From the NCBI GenBank assembly GCA_964304625.1, contig OZ199839.1, forward strand, positions 5,264,898 to 5,328,897: a stretch of 64,000 nucleotides of DNA, in the 5' to 3' direction. The DNA is from Kudoa neothunni. Lineage: Eukaryota; Animalia; Cnidaria. Below the pieces are notes generated by a model. That model was not told the DNA's origin. It ran no database searches and saw only the letters and a list, made by a program, of their open reading frames with translations. The translations under genes and the position numbers were made by a program. Positions 1 to 12,584 of the stretch are shown here, in pieces. Each line of letters starts with the position of its first letter. Position 1 is the stretch's first letter.

Positions 1-241
1 CTTTTGTATTCTTTTAAGATATTAACGTTCGCTTAAAAATAAATAAGATCAAAAATCGAAGTATTGATTTCAATGTACGCCATACTGCCCAATTATCTCA
101 CAATTATCCATGTCACAGCAATGCCCCGGGTTTTCCAAGTCCTACAAGAGACGTTCATTGAACGCTCAAAGATTTCCATGCCCCACCAAAAGTTTTTCAC
201 ACTCTACCGGTGGGACGTCGCCCCCAAGTTGGGAAACATTG
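1..241. mobile_element. Right end of a non-autonomous hAT (Charlie/Buster-like) element, truncated by the window edge
   Basis: Ends in GTTGGGAAACATTG (reverse complement CAATGTTTCCCAAC, a Charlie-type TIR). 45-200 aligns by eye with 26097-26220 of the related element at 25555-26245. Confidence 0.65.
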
Positions 242-249
242 GAATAAGA

Positions 250-729
250 TAAAATGGCCTTCTTTTATTCTCATCGTTGTCATCACTTTTTGTATAATGA
301 ATATCAAAATCATATTCTACGATTTACATTGAACGCTTTACGGTCGGTTGGAAAGAAATTTTAGGATGTTTAAATCTCCAATTTTGTTCATCTTTTATCA
401 ATGATATACCCAAATCATCTTCAAAACTCTCATTTAACATATTATTTTGGATAAAATTGTCTAATTCGCTCGATGAAATACTTTCACAATCAGGCGTTAT
501 TTTGATCAACTTGCAAAAATGTTTGAAATTAAACAAACAAAACAAAGGATTACATTTGTAATTAATGCCTGCATTACATGCTTAAAATTGACCCAAAATG
601 AAGTAAATAAGAATTAAATTTTTTATGAATTTACGTGAGATTTAGCTTTAAAATAATGAATTTTTGGGGATCATAAACACAATTTAGTAGGTGGGTGAGA
701 TCGTGGAGCCCAAGGTGTTTCATTAAGGG
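250..729 (-). mobile_element. Probable piggyBac-like left end with a remnant acidic transposase N-terminus
   Basis: TTAA|CCCTT terminus on the minus strand at 729, followed by a short acidic ORF (324-545). No matching right end was found. Confidence 0.3.
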
Positions 730-1454
730 TTAATACGTTATAATATTGTTGACAAAATTCACTTGGAATAGAAATCTACCTCATTTCACCTAGAAAATTA
801 ATAACGAAAAGAATGAAAATTTTCATTGATAAAAATGATGTTACTAAGACGCATGATAAGACTAAAGTTACGAAAATTTTATACCGGGATTATATCTTAA
901 AATTTTGTTAATAGAAACTTAGTCAGATTATACATATGGTAAAAATAATACAAAATTTTTGTTTATAGTAATTTTTATCAATACGAATATTTGTAAGACT
1001 AACTAAAGATCTAAAATTAAAATTACTATTAAATATAAATTAATGATGTAGAAACATTATTAATTTCCGACGCAACCTAACAAGATAAAAAAAATTGAAC
1101 AATTACTGTTTATAATAAAGCGGATAAATTTTCATAAACTACTTCAATAAATATCTACAAATATTTATCAATCATAAGTACTACACATACCATATACACC
1201 CAATATTAAAATTTTCGAACTGTATAATATAGAGATAAATTTAAACTCCTACAATGATGATCTATGTTGCTATAAAAAATATATCGATCATGTTCTATGA
1301 TGGGAAACAAAATTGGTAATTATTTCGTCGAATTGTATAAAATTTTTTGTTTGAAGATCAAAATTTGGTTTTATATTCATTGTTAAAAATCGCATTAAAC
1401 TTTCAAAAATAAATATGTCTTACTCTTTTACTTTAAACTATCGCCAATGGCCAA

Positions 1455-1626
1455 CTTTTCCTAGTATTGTGTGATAAAAAATGTTAACTTTTAATTTAAT
1501 TTTTCTCTTTTAATTGATGAATTTTAAATTTTATCATTATTTTTGCAATGTGATGATTTAGAAAAACAAAATAATGCGCGCACTTTTCATTCAAATATAA
1601 ATAATGGTATTAAGGGAAATTACTGA
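1455..1626 (+). repeat. Dispersed repeat; second copy at ~15335-15570
   Basis: Shared blocks such as TCATTATTTTTGCAATGTGATGATTTAGA and CATTCAAATATAAATA occur in the same order in both copies. Confidence 0.7.
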
Positions 1627-2122
1627 TACATGGACACATAGAAACAATATTTTTTTATTTTTTTTAAATGAATAACTTATTAATTGTAATTATTAGCATA
1701 ATGAAAATCTTAAATTACGCAATATCCAATCTCGACTGTATATATGAATGTAACTCGAGGGGAGGCGAGCTAAATTTGATAGACAAATATTATGGACTTG
1801 TTTCCTTGAGAATCCCCCAAGCACGCCAAAATCTCGTATACACATACACCAGGTCGTTTTTGGAGTCCAATGGATCAAACTCCGGACGGCCAGACAAGGA
1901 AGGTTTAATTAAATTCAAATAAAACGTAATGAACTTTAATGATTATACTAATTTTTTAATTTTTAGACCACCCTTGTAAATAAACCAATGTTTAATAAAT
2001 TATAATTAATGCGCACAGAAAATTGACAACGAAGGTTAAACTAACACATAATAAACTATAAATATAATAATAAAAAATTAACTATAAATATTGTTGATAA
2101 ATGATCATAAATTTTAGTTCCA

Positions 2123-4152
2123 TCAAGCACGACTCTTAAAACGTGTTGATCTGTTCAAATAGATGTATAATCCAATTAATACAACTATCAATATAATCAT
2201 GCTGGGGACCAAAGAAACAATCATTTTATTTTTGAGGTTATTTTCCGGGATTGAGTCGGCTATGTAATCAAAACGATTATTTTTTGTTTCGCTGATTTGA
2301 TCTATTTCAAATAATTTTTTTTCATTCCTTTTATCAAAAAACCAAATATTTACCACCAAACAGCATCAAACGCGTTTGGCTGCTTATTAATTCCACTTCC
2401 CAAGTCAAAAAGGGAAACTATAATTACGTTGAATTTATTTTTAACAATTTATACATACACGAAATCTGTAATGATTTTTTTCATTATTTGCTAACCTCAT
2501 TTTATCAATATGGCACAAAACAGTGTAGTAATATGTTCTTTTTAACGCTTCCTGAATGTATTACAACCTCAACTGATAATTAACCACATTAATAATTTTA
2601 ATACCAACGGGTGGTTCCTTTCCACGAGATTTTCTTCATTTATAAGAGACTTTATATTCTCCAAAGTATATGTTTCTCGAATATTTGAGCTAAAAGCCGA
2701 GTTGTAAGCCTAAAAATATATAAAGTTTATTTCTGATTAAAAGACGATCAATTGATAAATTTCGTTATACATTAAAATAACTGCTCCCAGCTTTTTGGGG
2801 GAATTTTGTGGAAATAAATTCTTTTGTTTCATTATTCCAAGGGTGTTGATCGTTGGGAATAAATACCGCCTCGTTCATTAAAATCATGCAGGCAGTCAAA
2901 TTATAGGCTGCTGCCACGTTGACTTGACGATGGGTTAAATTAATTTTTTGGCCGTCCGAAATCGATAATTCTAAGCCTTCTTTTAGAAAGTGAAAGATCG
3001 TATTTGATGTATAGCACGGTGATTTTACAGTAATAGCCTGTTCTTTACTAATGGAATTTTTTTCAAGCTAATAAATATCGAATGTTTAAATAAAAAATGA
3101 AACACATATTTAATTACCAATATTTGTTTATAAATTATTTTAAAACCGATATCGCTATAACCCATCGATTCGAAATGTTTGGAATAAAACTGGTACTCAG
3201 TTGAATTGACTTTAAAGGGAATTAGATCCTTATTTCGTGAGCCTTCTATAGGATATCCAATATCAAGTCCGTCATCATCCACGTGTATATATCCGTAGTC
3301 GTTGTATCCCTAATAGATATATATACTATAGAAAAAAGTTTTTCTATCCTTTAATACAAGTTACAAACGAAAATATTCACATATTAGATAAGTTTAATTG
3401 AGAGATGTATCGTTTAAGTTATTATTCAATTGCGCCGCTTGAATTTGAAGCTTCTGTTTCTCAAAGCATACAAATTTGGGATAATGAAATAAAATAAACA
3501 ATAGAGTCTATTACTTGAAAATCCAAAGATATTTCCTCATTTGCTCCCACATAACTATAAAAAGTTTTTTCGGAATTGGTAATCACGGAATAGTTTATTT
3601 GCAGATTTTTATTATCGATGGTTACTTTGCGAACTTTTGTGCCGCGTTCTGACCATCTATCGTAAAAGTTGCTCTGCATCCTTGTAAATAAAACACCAAA
3701 AAAATTTAATGTATTTTAAAATTTTCTCATACCATTTTGGACAAGTTTTATCAGCCACAGCCATAGTAATATTAGCATCTATGAGCTGTGGTCTATTGAT
3801 TATACTCTTTAAACAATCATTTTCAGCATCAATGTTTGTTTTGTATGATTCTTTTTTTACTTTAGCAAATTATTGAGAAATATCGACAGCTAACTGGTAT
3901 CTTACGTGGGCATACGAAATGAGAATTCATTCTACATCCAACCCCAAACCATTTCTTTTGATCTGATGTGCATTCGAAAGATGCGCCTTGTATCCAATTA
4001 TAATGGACATATAGCAATATTTCCTACAGGCGTATTATATTTGTATGGTGAACAAATGTAATTCCGCATACTTTTTTATTTTGAAATTCTACGCTTAGAC
4101 CGATTGGTAAATATGCAACCCATATCCAACATGCCAACAACTTAACTATCAT
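2123..4152 (-). CDS. Multi-exon type I membrane protein, highly divergent CD39/GDA1 (E-NTPDase)-like; possibly a pseudogene
   Basis: Signal peptide MIVKLLACWIWVAYLPIGLS (ATG at 4152), about 11 exons joined by short GT-AG introns, and a C-terminal TM segment IVSLVPSMIILIVVLIGLYIYL followed by a basic tail. The motif order GANEEIS / YGYIHVDDDGLDIGYP / FYSKHFESMGY / SPCY / YNLTAC resembles CD39 ACR3, ACR4 and downstream elements. In-frame TAA at 3396-3394 where a donor is expected. Confidence 0.5.
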
Positions 4153-5930
4153 ATTGAAATGATCAAACTATTCGCCTTATCTAATGATAGTGTGTATCTA
4201 TTCAATTATATTGATTCAATCAATGATATATACAAACAATTTACGTATGAATGCGGTTGAAAGCTTATTCAAGATTATATTCCTCCGAAATTTTATTGTT
4301 TGTAAATATGTGATTTTTTAAAATAATTAATAACTATTCATTACTTTGATAGTTTTAATATTAGAATTATAACATTTTTCAATACATCTTAATCGTTAAT
4401 ATACCAATTTAACTTAAATGCTTTTAAGTTTTAACTTTAGTACCGAAGTTAAATTTGTATTAAATATTAGTATTATTATAGAATACCTAATGCTAACGCA
4501 CATAAATTATATTGGTATATATCCAATATATAGGAGTGTTAATCCAAAAGTTTGGTGAACGACAATAAATGCCCCAAAACGATTTAGAGTTGTTTTATAT
4601 TCGTGCGATAACTCCTATTTAAAATTAATAATCAGCATTGCCTAAATTAGAAATTTTTAATCATAAAACATAATATTTTTTAAAGGATTGTTAATTATAT
4701 ACCTTATTATTACAAATGCATAACAATGGTCAGTGCGAATTATGCTACTTAAAGGGAGAAAATTGAAAAATATCAATATACCAAACACATTCTAATAAAG
4801 ACAGTTTCCATCCGTACATAATAATTCTATATAAAATGCATTAATAATAATTTCATGACAAATTATTCAATCGAATATAGCACGAATATTTCCATAATTA
4901 TTTAACTTTAGTAAAATAATCTGTTAATACTAATATAAATATTGATTTAATTATGAGTGATATTAAGCAATGAGACTCGACATCTTTTTACAGTTTATTG
5001 TCATTCCAAAAACAAAAGTTAACTAATTTTCCTGATTCAAATAAATTTTCGAATTTAAATTTAAACAAATATCGTTCGGTTTTAAGAATAACGTGAAAAA
5101 TATTTGTTTACCACATTAGTCCTTGAAACATTTTGAACACTCTCTTACAATAGTATTATACTCTCGATTGACTTCATAATTCACAATGCAAAATATTTAC
5201 AGTCGGACCTGAATATAGCGAGGTTTTGGTGTTTTGAATTCAACGTTTATTTTAAGACATAAGGAATGGTGTGAATTCTTTTTTTGTATTAATAGATATT
5301 AATAACTTTAACTAAAGAAGTCGTTTAAAAAAATTTTTTTTCTAACTATACATACCTCGTTATAACGAGGTTCTTTCATATTGCGAGGTTTCCGGATAGT
5401 AAGAAAGCAACTAACTATAGTTTAAAAACTCACTTTTATGGAATTTCCAAAATAAAATAAGGGAATTAGAGGAATAGAAGCTGAAAAAATAAATAATTTA
5501 ATCTACATGGTAACTGCGTCGGTTTTAATTTTCGTGTGAGAATTTTTAGGTCGATCATCGTTGGGCACCACCCCGTAAAATGAGCACAGTATTATTAATT
5601 CCGATATTTCTTTCAATAGAAAAAGATTGTTACCTGGAAAATTTATGCTGATTCACGCAGATAACATTTTTATTCTTTCCAAAAAATACTGCCAACTGTA
5701 TACAGCCAGTGGATGTTGGAATAATTCATTACTTAAAAAGTCACTGTAAAAGTATCCTTTGTCGGACATTCTAATATATAAAGAGAGCTGCGAACAAAAA
5801 TTTACATTATTAGATCTCACGTTGAACCCCTGAAAAATCTTGGGATAAAGTTGCTTTCTTAACCATCGTTATTTGTTTAAATAAAACCAAAAAAGATTTT
5901 TTATTGGAAAATAAATAAACGAATAAAATA

Positions 5931-7751
5931 CAGTCGAACCTCGATTATCGGGGAAATTTGGGACCAGCGAGGTTCCCGCTAATCGAACATAGACAACGCG
6001 CACGCACTTATATGAAATTTTTGCTGATTTTGATTGTTTACTTGATTTATAAACAATTTTTATCATTTATTAAGTAAAGTATTTTATCTTCTGCCATTTA
6101 AATTAAAAATGTTGACATATCTATTAACTAAGAAGATAGAGACAAAGGAAAAACAGTACATAATTATGACAGCTTTTATACGTCTGCAAAGGAGTAAGCT
6201 GCTTTTTTAAATAATCGGTAATTAACCCTTCCCACATTGAGCCAAAACAAATTACGAGTGATCCGACGTAGGATACCTGTCGTACTCCAGCAAAAATATG
6301 CCTTAATCAATTTTAAATCCTTCGAAATCTACATGATTTAAACTATAATAAGCATGTATATTAATAGAAGTTAACATAGAAAATTGTTCTATCCTTTGTA
6401 ATAAATACAACGACAATATTGCAAATACAATAAAATGCAGCTACAAGGGCGTACAACCGACCAATACCCCTATTTCTCAACCAAACAATAATTTAAACAA
6501 CATTAATCAATAAATATGGTCGAAAAATATGAATACATCATTATTAGTAAACATTGTTGCTCACGAGAAACATCACAAGTCAGTCGCTCGCCCTTCGTAT
6601 TTATCGATATAGTTGGATCACGTCTCCCGCCTGGTTTGGATCCACTTGTGCGTGAGTATTATAGCTAATTGCGGAAATCGAATTGGTTTAAATACAAGAA
6701 TCTTTATCTATTTTAAAATGAATGTGGGTTAAATAGACGATAATAATAGCCAAAATAATAGGCTGAACTTAGAGGTAATTGTGGAGCGCGTGGCTCTCCC
6801 AATTTTAGCGTTTTTACAGTTTTTTTCGTCAGAAGTGATCTCAAAAAGTCTTATTTGCTCTTTTCATCTGTAGCGAATCAAAATTGTATAAACAAATTTT
6901 TCGTCTAGTCTCACACATGATGGCATAATGAAGACAATAGTCCCCACTATACATTGGAGGATTAGGGACCTATACTAGATGAGGTCCCAACGGCTTCCTT
7001 AATTTTTAATAAGTTTTTTTAATTAATTAGAGTCAAAAAGTTATCTCAACAAATGAAAAAGTTATACAAATTGGGAATGCGCGAATGCCGCCAGATTAAT
7101 AAAGTATTATCGAATTAATTTTCGTAAATAGCCAATCAGTTTTACTTTGATGGAAAAATGTTTTTTCCGGTTAGAAATATAGGAATTTTAATTATTAAAT
7201 GATATTAAAGTCTATATTAAATAGAAATACAAATTAGCAGTACATTATTTAAGAAATAATTATCTCTCGATTTTTAGAAGTATATAATTTTTAGTTTATA
7301 AAATTTCGAATACAACTTTTTTGTTTAAATGGCAGCCTTATAAGTTTTTAGGAGCATTCTAAAAATTCTCGTGCTTTGAGTAAAACAAAAAATATTTCTT
7401 TTGGAGTATGACAAATACCCCACCCCGGCAGGAAGGGTTGATGTATGTTTCATATACATTCATGCATGTGTTCAGATATAATAAAAAGTTATATAAGAGC
7501 TGAATGCTTAGTCTACGTTTTAAAATAAAAATTTATTAATAAATAACCTGGAACTATTTTTGTTTTAAATATTGCATTGGTATATATGCCACATTGTATA
7601 CGTCGTACGGTGATGATGGGTGGTATTTTTATCGGAAAATATACCCAAATAGTTCTTCCGGTTTCCGGATAACCGAACGTCTATTGACACGTAATGTGAA
7701 TAAAATTCAAATAAAATTAAAAATTTCTTCAGTATAATCAAGGTTCGACTG
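5931..7751. mobile_element. Non-autonomous Tigger/pogo-like element nested in the previous one
   Basis: TIRs CAGTCGAACCTCGATTAT / ATAATCAAGGTTCGACTG (1 mismatch) with TA duplications at 5929-5930 and 7752-7753. Confidence 0.75.
6226..7437. mobile_element. Non-autonomous piggyBac-like element (innermost of the nest)
   Basis: TTAA|CCCTTCC ... GGAAGGG|TTGA termini plus subterminal inverted repeats (6271-6300 vs 7391-7420). A related left-end fragment lies at ~14984-15080. Confidence 0.6.
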
Positions 7752-7841
7752 TATAACTCCTCCCCTCTCCGCACACGCAAGTCATGGGTATTGCGAGGTT
7801 CTTCGCCGGTCCCATAAAACCTCGCTATATCCAGGTAGTCT

Positions 7842-9126
7842 GGACAATGTGGCGTAGTGATGGACTAATTTACAGTTCAGTAAAATTCATCATCGTTTAT
7901 CGGCATCAATCGAAATTTATAGCGCGATGGAATTTACTTTCGAAAGTATCGATGATTTTTTGTTAGAACATCTTTTTGAAATAAAGAATGACGTAGAAAA
8001 ACAAATATCACTCTTACAAAAACTTAAACTTATATTTAAAAAGAGAATGTGAGACAATTGTGACGTATTAATGTTGCTACAAAAAAGATTCTATTATTGA
8101 TAAGTATTTTTTCAAATGTCCAATGTGTAAAAAAATATAAATTAGAAGGGGACATTTTTCGAGGGTTCCAAACTAACGCTACGGCAAATCTTTACATTGA
8201 TATATATAGAAGTCAATAATATACATATGTCTTATCCACCACAGCTGTCGAAACAACTGCAAATAGGTTCTGACAGTACAATTTGTGACTGGAGGAATTT
8301 TATTAGAGAAGTTTATGTCGACTACTTTGATTTACATAATGAAAGAATCGGAGGACATGCAGTGGTAATACAAATTAACGAATCACAGATTTGCAAACGT
8401 AAGTATCACCGAGGAAGAGTTTTAGTAAACCAAAACATATGGATCGTTGGTGGTATTGACTCGTATGGTAATATATTTCAAGTGCTAACCATCATTCGAA
8501 ATTAACCTACACTTGAACATATAAAAATTCAAAATGTTCATCCTGAGTCAACACTTTAGACAGATTGCTGGGCTGATTATAACAACTTGGGTGCTATTTA
8601 CCATAGTCATGAGACGGTAAATTACTCGGTTGAATTTAAGACACAGGAAGGTGTGCATACCAACCGTATCGAAGAAATTTGGGGTGCGATAAGAAGGAAA
8701 TACCGACATATAACTCATAAAAAATCGGAATTAATTAGTTCCTATCTCTCAGAGTACCATTTTAAGAGAAAATACCCTAAAAATACATTTTCGATGTATA
8801 TAAAAACAATGAATGAAAAATATTTACATTAAAATTCGTTAATCTATTAAATTCATTTTTTTTCGAGCAGAACTGAACACATCCGATGAATTCAACTGAA
8901 CTGTAAATTAGCCCCTAAACCGAAATTAAGCAGGAAAGGTAGAATTTGGGCGTTCGCAAACGCCGGGGTACAGGGACGAAATAAAACCCAGTAGGAGGTT
9001 TCCGTAAAGCCGACGCCCGCATTCAGACGACTCTCACAGACTAATTCTGGGTTAGTCCAGGGTATGGTTTGGGTGGTGGTTGCTCCGAAACGTGGATGTT
9101 TAATGGGCCAAAATCCCACATTATCG
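7842..9126 (+). mobile_element. Merlin (IS1595/ISXO2-like DDE) DNA transposon, defective
   Basis: ORF pieces 8197-8505 and 8587-8832 carry INESQICKRKYHRGR, WIVGGID, DCWADY, VNYSVEF and GVHTNRIE. The first catalytic D is replaced by N and there is an in-frame stop. Inverted repeats at 7865-7892 / 8886-8911 and 7843-7852 / 9116-9125. Confidence 0.8.
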
Positions 9127-9252
9127 CATGAACATAAGTCGCCTTAATATGACGCTGCGACGCTTACAGTGTGGATGGAGAAGGCCTAACTAGCCCCAAC
9201 ATCACAACCCAACAAGTTGCGCTAGGGGTTTGACCTTGTAAACAAAAAAAAT

Positions 9253-10306
9253 TGCTGATGTGGACTTTAGGCACGTCTAATATTTTGTTAACACCAATAA
9301 TCTTGGTTGGGCATAAAATAAACACTTAATCTTTAAAAAGAATATATAGACTTTATCTGGTTAAATGTTTTTTTAAGTGTATATTCTGATAAATAACCTT
9401 TTGTTGGCCGAGGAGATTTTTTTAATATGGCGAAATTTTCTTTTGCAGGCGCCCCTGGCTGCCTCAATTCTATTAATGTGAACTCCATCAGAGGCAACGA
9501 ATTTTTTGCTATGGTTGACTGTTTTACGAAGAAAACCATAAGCATCGAGTCTTCTATATCCCTTCCAACAGTCCGTCCAAATAATTGAACCTATCTCGAC
9601 ATTTTCGAGGGTTATTTGATGTAGGGTAGCTTGGTTTGGTATTGTAGTGACATTCATAAAAACATTACCATTCTTATCAATACCACCAACTATCCATTGA
9701 TCTTCGTTAGCAAGAATTTGCCCTAAGTTGAATTTTCTTTCACAGAGCTTGGATTCATCGATTTGAACGATGATTCCAACGCCACCAACCTTTCCAGAAT
9801 ATGGAAATACATAATTACAGTAGTCGTCGCGCACTAAGTTCTTCCAATCAACGACTATTTTTTACGAAATTTTGATTTCTTTTTCAAAAAAAATCCGCCT
9901 ACCAATATCATTCGAATAATAATATATTAATCTCAATATTTGGTAAAATTTGAGGTGACTGTGTTCAAAGAATGACTATCTTCGTATCGATACGTATTTC
10001 TTGCAAGTGCTACAATAGTACGCACAACCATCAATGACCCTTTTTCGTCGTGTAAGTCTCAGAGGTAAATCACAACAAACGATATCTTTATTTATAATCA
10101 GACCATTGTACCTTAAGAAATCTACGGCATATTTCTGATTCAGATTTAACAAATCAATAATCGAAATATCTATATCACTGATACGAATGTTATCCACATG
10201 TGGCAGACTAACTTTTACCCCCAAAATTAATATTAATCTCGAATTAGTTAAATATTACTATTATTGGGACTAACAAAGTATTAGATGTGCAAAGACCACA
10301 CTAGCC
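9253..10306 (-). mobile_element. Second Merlin (IS1595-like) DNA transposon, defective
   Basis: ORFs 9976-10224 (CC...CSTC zinc ribbon) and 9373-9834 (QIDESK, WIVGGID, TDCWKGY, VNHSKKF, GVHINRIE) are interrupted by stops and frameshifts. ~45-bp imperfect TIRs at 9253-9300 and 10261-10306. Confidence 0.85.
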
Positions 10307-11472
10307 AAAATTTTGTAATTACCGAAGAAGTCAATGTAGTCAAAAAAGTTTCCCTGATTGAGAAAATAGTATTTATTGTGGCATTTAATTTTATTTTTTT
10401 CTTGTGCGAAACAGTCCGAGGGTATCAACATCTCATCTACCGGTTTTAGGGGGATTATTTGGTATAATTATTGCCGGTTTGTTATAAAAATAGTCGATAG
10501 AAATCGTTGTAACTTTACAAATTTATCTATAATTATTTTATAAATAGATATATCCAACAAAGGAATGGGATGTATTACATCCTAAAAATCGTTGGGGGTG
10601 TACGTTTTTCGCATCATCAGAGGGTTAAATAATATAATTTATTTTTTTGAATAATCATAGTACATTTAATTAAGAAATTTAAAAAAAAATATATAACATG
10701 TTGTAATGTTAGGGCTTCCAGGTGGTTCTACAGTAATGGACCGGTCGTACGTACATTAGTTATTTTACATATTAAAAGGCTCGCTCATGTTTAATATAAT
10801 CCTAAAAACTATATAATGTTAGAACTACTCTCTTTTAAATAATTTATAAATAAAATTACTGCGACAGAACGAAAAATAAAAAGTAACGTGAAGATCGGTC
10901 GTACGTACTTTTTTGCTTTGACTACTGCGTGATTAAATTAAGTGTTATCATTAATTTTTAATACAGATGAGCAATAAGTAGGTTTTTATAGTTACACCAA
11001 TGGGGTAGCTAGTTGAAAAATGAAGGATAAATATACAAACATGTTTTAGATATATAATAATGTGTTTTATAATGGTGTCCTCCCTAATTCACAGTAATGA
11101 CAATGGCGCAATGACAGTCTCTCCCCAATAATTCAGAAACGGAAGATAATTTTGTTGTTAAAGAACTGAACCTTTCAAAGATGGCCTTATTTTATTTAGA
11201 AGAGTTTGGCAACTATTTTAAACTAAACATTATGGCTCAAAGAAGAGGGAGTTAATATCTGATTCTACTTCTTATGTTTTGCTCAATTTTAACTCGCATA
11301 AAAACTGCTTTTTTCAATAATATTTAAGTTATAGCTAATATTGTTTATTGATACGGCACCGGTAATACGCACAAATACTCATCCTCAAGGGGATTGCATA
11401 CGACCGACCTATCACTATAGTTTGCCATAAAATACACCACAAGCTCTAGTATGAAACACCTATTGTCTAGAT

Positions 11473-11696
11473 CAGTGGTTATCAACCGGTGATACGTTTC
11501 ACCCAAAAATTATAGAAACTAATAGTAGGTATCTATTTACAAATACATGTTGTCCAAGTTTTTGGTGATGTCAAATAAATTTTAAGAATAATATATTTTA
11601 GATTTTTTTTAATAAATATATTAAAATTTTTTATAAACATTATATTTTGTTTTTTGACAATTGGATCCGCTATTTCAAAACGATGGAAAACCACTT
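11473..11696. mobile_element. hAT/Charlie-like MITE
   Basis: GTCTAGAT|CAGTGGTTATCAACC left end (NTCTAGAN target) and degenerate right end GGAAAACCACTT. Confidence 0.5.
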
Positions 11697-12584
11697 GTTT
11701 AGCGCCATGTATAACATTCTGGGTAAAGAAGGAAGTTATAAAAACAGCTTAATAACCGTTTTACAGATAGTTATAATTGATAACAATGGTGTCTCGCCTT
11801 AACATACAACTTAAAAATTTTCATGTATCTATTTTAAAAGCTTGGAAGTTAACTAAAAAGAGTTATACAAAGATTATTGTTTTTTATTACCTAATAAACC
11901 ATTATTACTATTTATAATTATATAATATATCTACTTCAGTAGCAAGAATTGATAAACTAAAACTAACTCTTTTCGAAAAAAGATCAAAAGCTTCATCTTT
12001 AAATATGTTCAGATATGGAATAGCAATGTGTTGTTACTCTTCTAGAAATTTTTAGTTATTTTCGAGTATGGAGCGGTTTCAAAAATGATAAGTTGACATC
12101 AGAATTGACACACAGGCACAAAAAAATTTACCAATGTAATCATATTGATCATACTCAGCCATTGTTTACAAATCACATACAAAATAATATTTCATTGCAT
12201 TTTAAATACAGCTTGAAATTATTCCGTTTTTACGATCATAAAAATAAGATTTACATTAAATTTTCATTTTTTTATGTAATTTGATTATTACGTCCGACAA
12301 AAATTCTTTTGAGCATTTTAACTTTTTAAATCGATATAAGTAACAATTTTTAAGTAATATATTATCTTCAGACCGCAAAAAATAGGAATGAAATGGCTGA
12401 TGAACAAAAACTTGTAACATTGCAACGTAAATTTCAGTATGATATTTTATAAAATGTAAAATATTTATGAAAAAAGAAGAATATGTTTTAATATTTTGTT
12501 TAAATATTACATAGTTAGCGCCATAATAAAAAGCATAATTATTGGACACGATCAAAAGAAATTACAGAATAGACAGTTACAATA

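Larger units (their letters stand above)
5200..7842 (+). mobile_element. Decayed pogo/Tigger DNA transposon (outer element of a nest)
   Basis: TA|CAGTCGGACCTGAATATAGCGAGGTTTT at 5200 and inverted AAAACCTCGCTATATCCAGGT at 7816-7836. Transposase relic FFPKNTA..IQPVDVGIIHYLKSH (~5675-5750) matches the pogo LPPNTT..LQPxDxGII motif. Confidence 0.6.

Noticed and set aside
1668-1983. 84-aa ORF with a possible downstream mini-exon
   Set aside because: No recognisable motif or convincing start; it cannot be told apart from a decayed fragment.
8980-9060. Possible hammerhead ribozyme on the minus strand (CTGTGA...GAAAC...GTT)
   Set aside because: The core reads CUGUGA rather than CUGANGA, and stems I and II pair poorly.
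8197-10224. Bacterial IS1595 insertion or prokaryotic contig
   Set aside because: The context is intron-rich eukaryotic DNA and the motifs fit eukaryotic Merlin elements.
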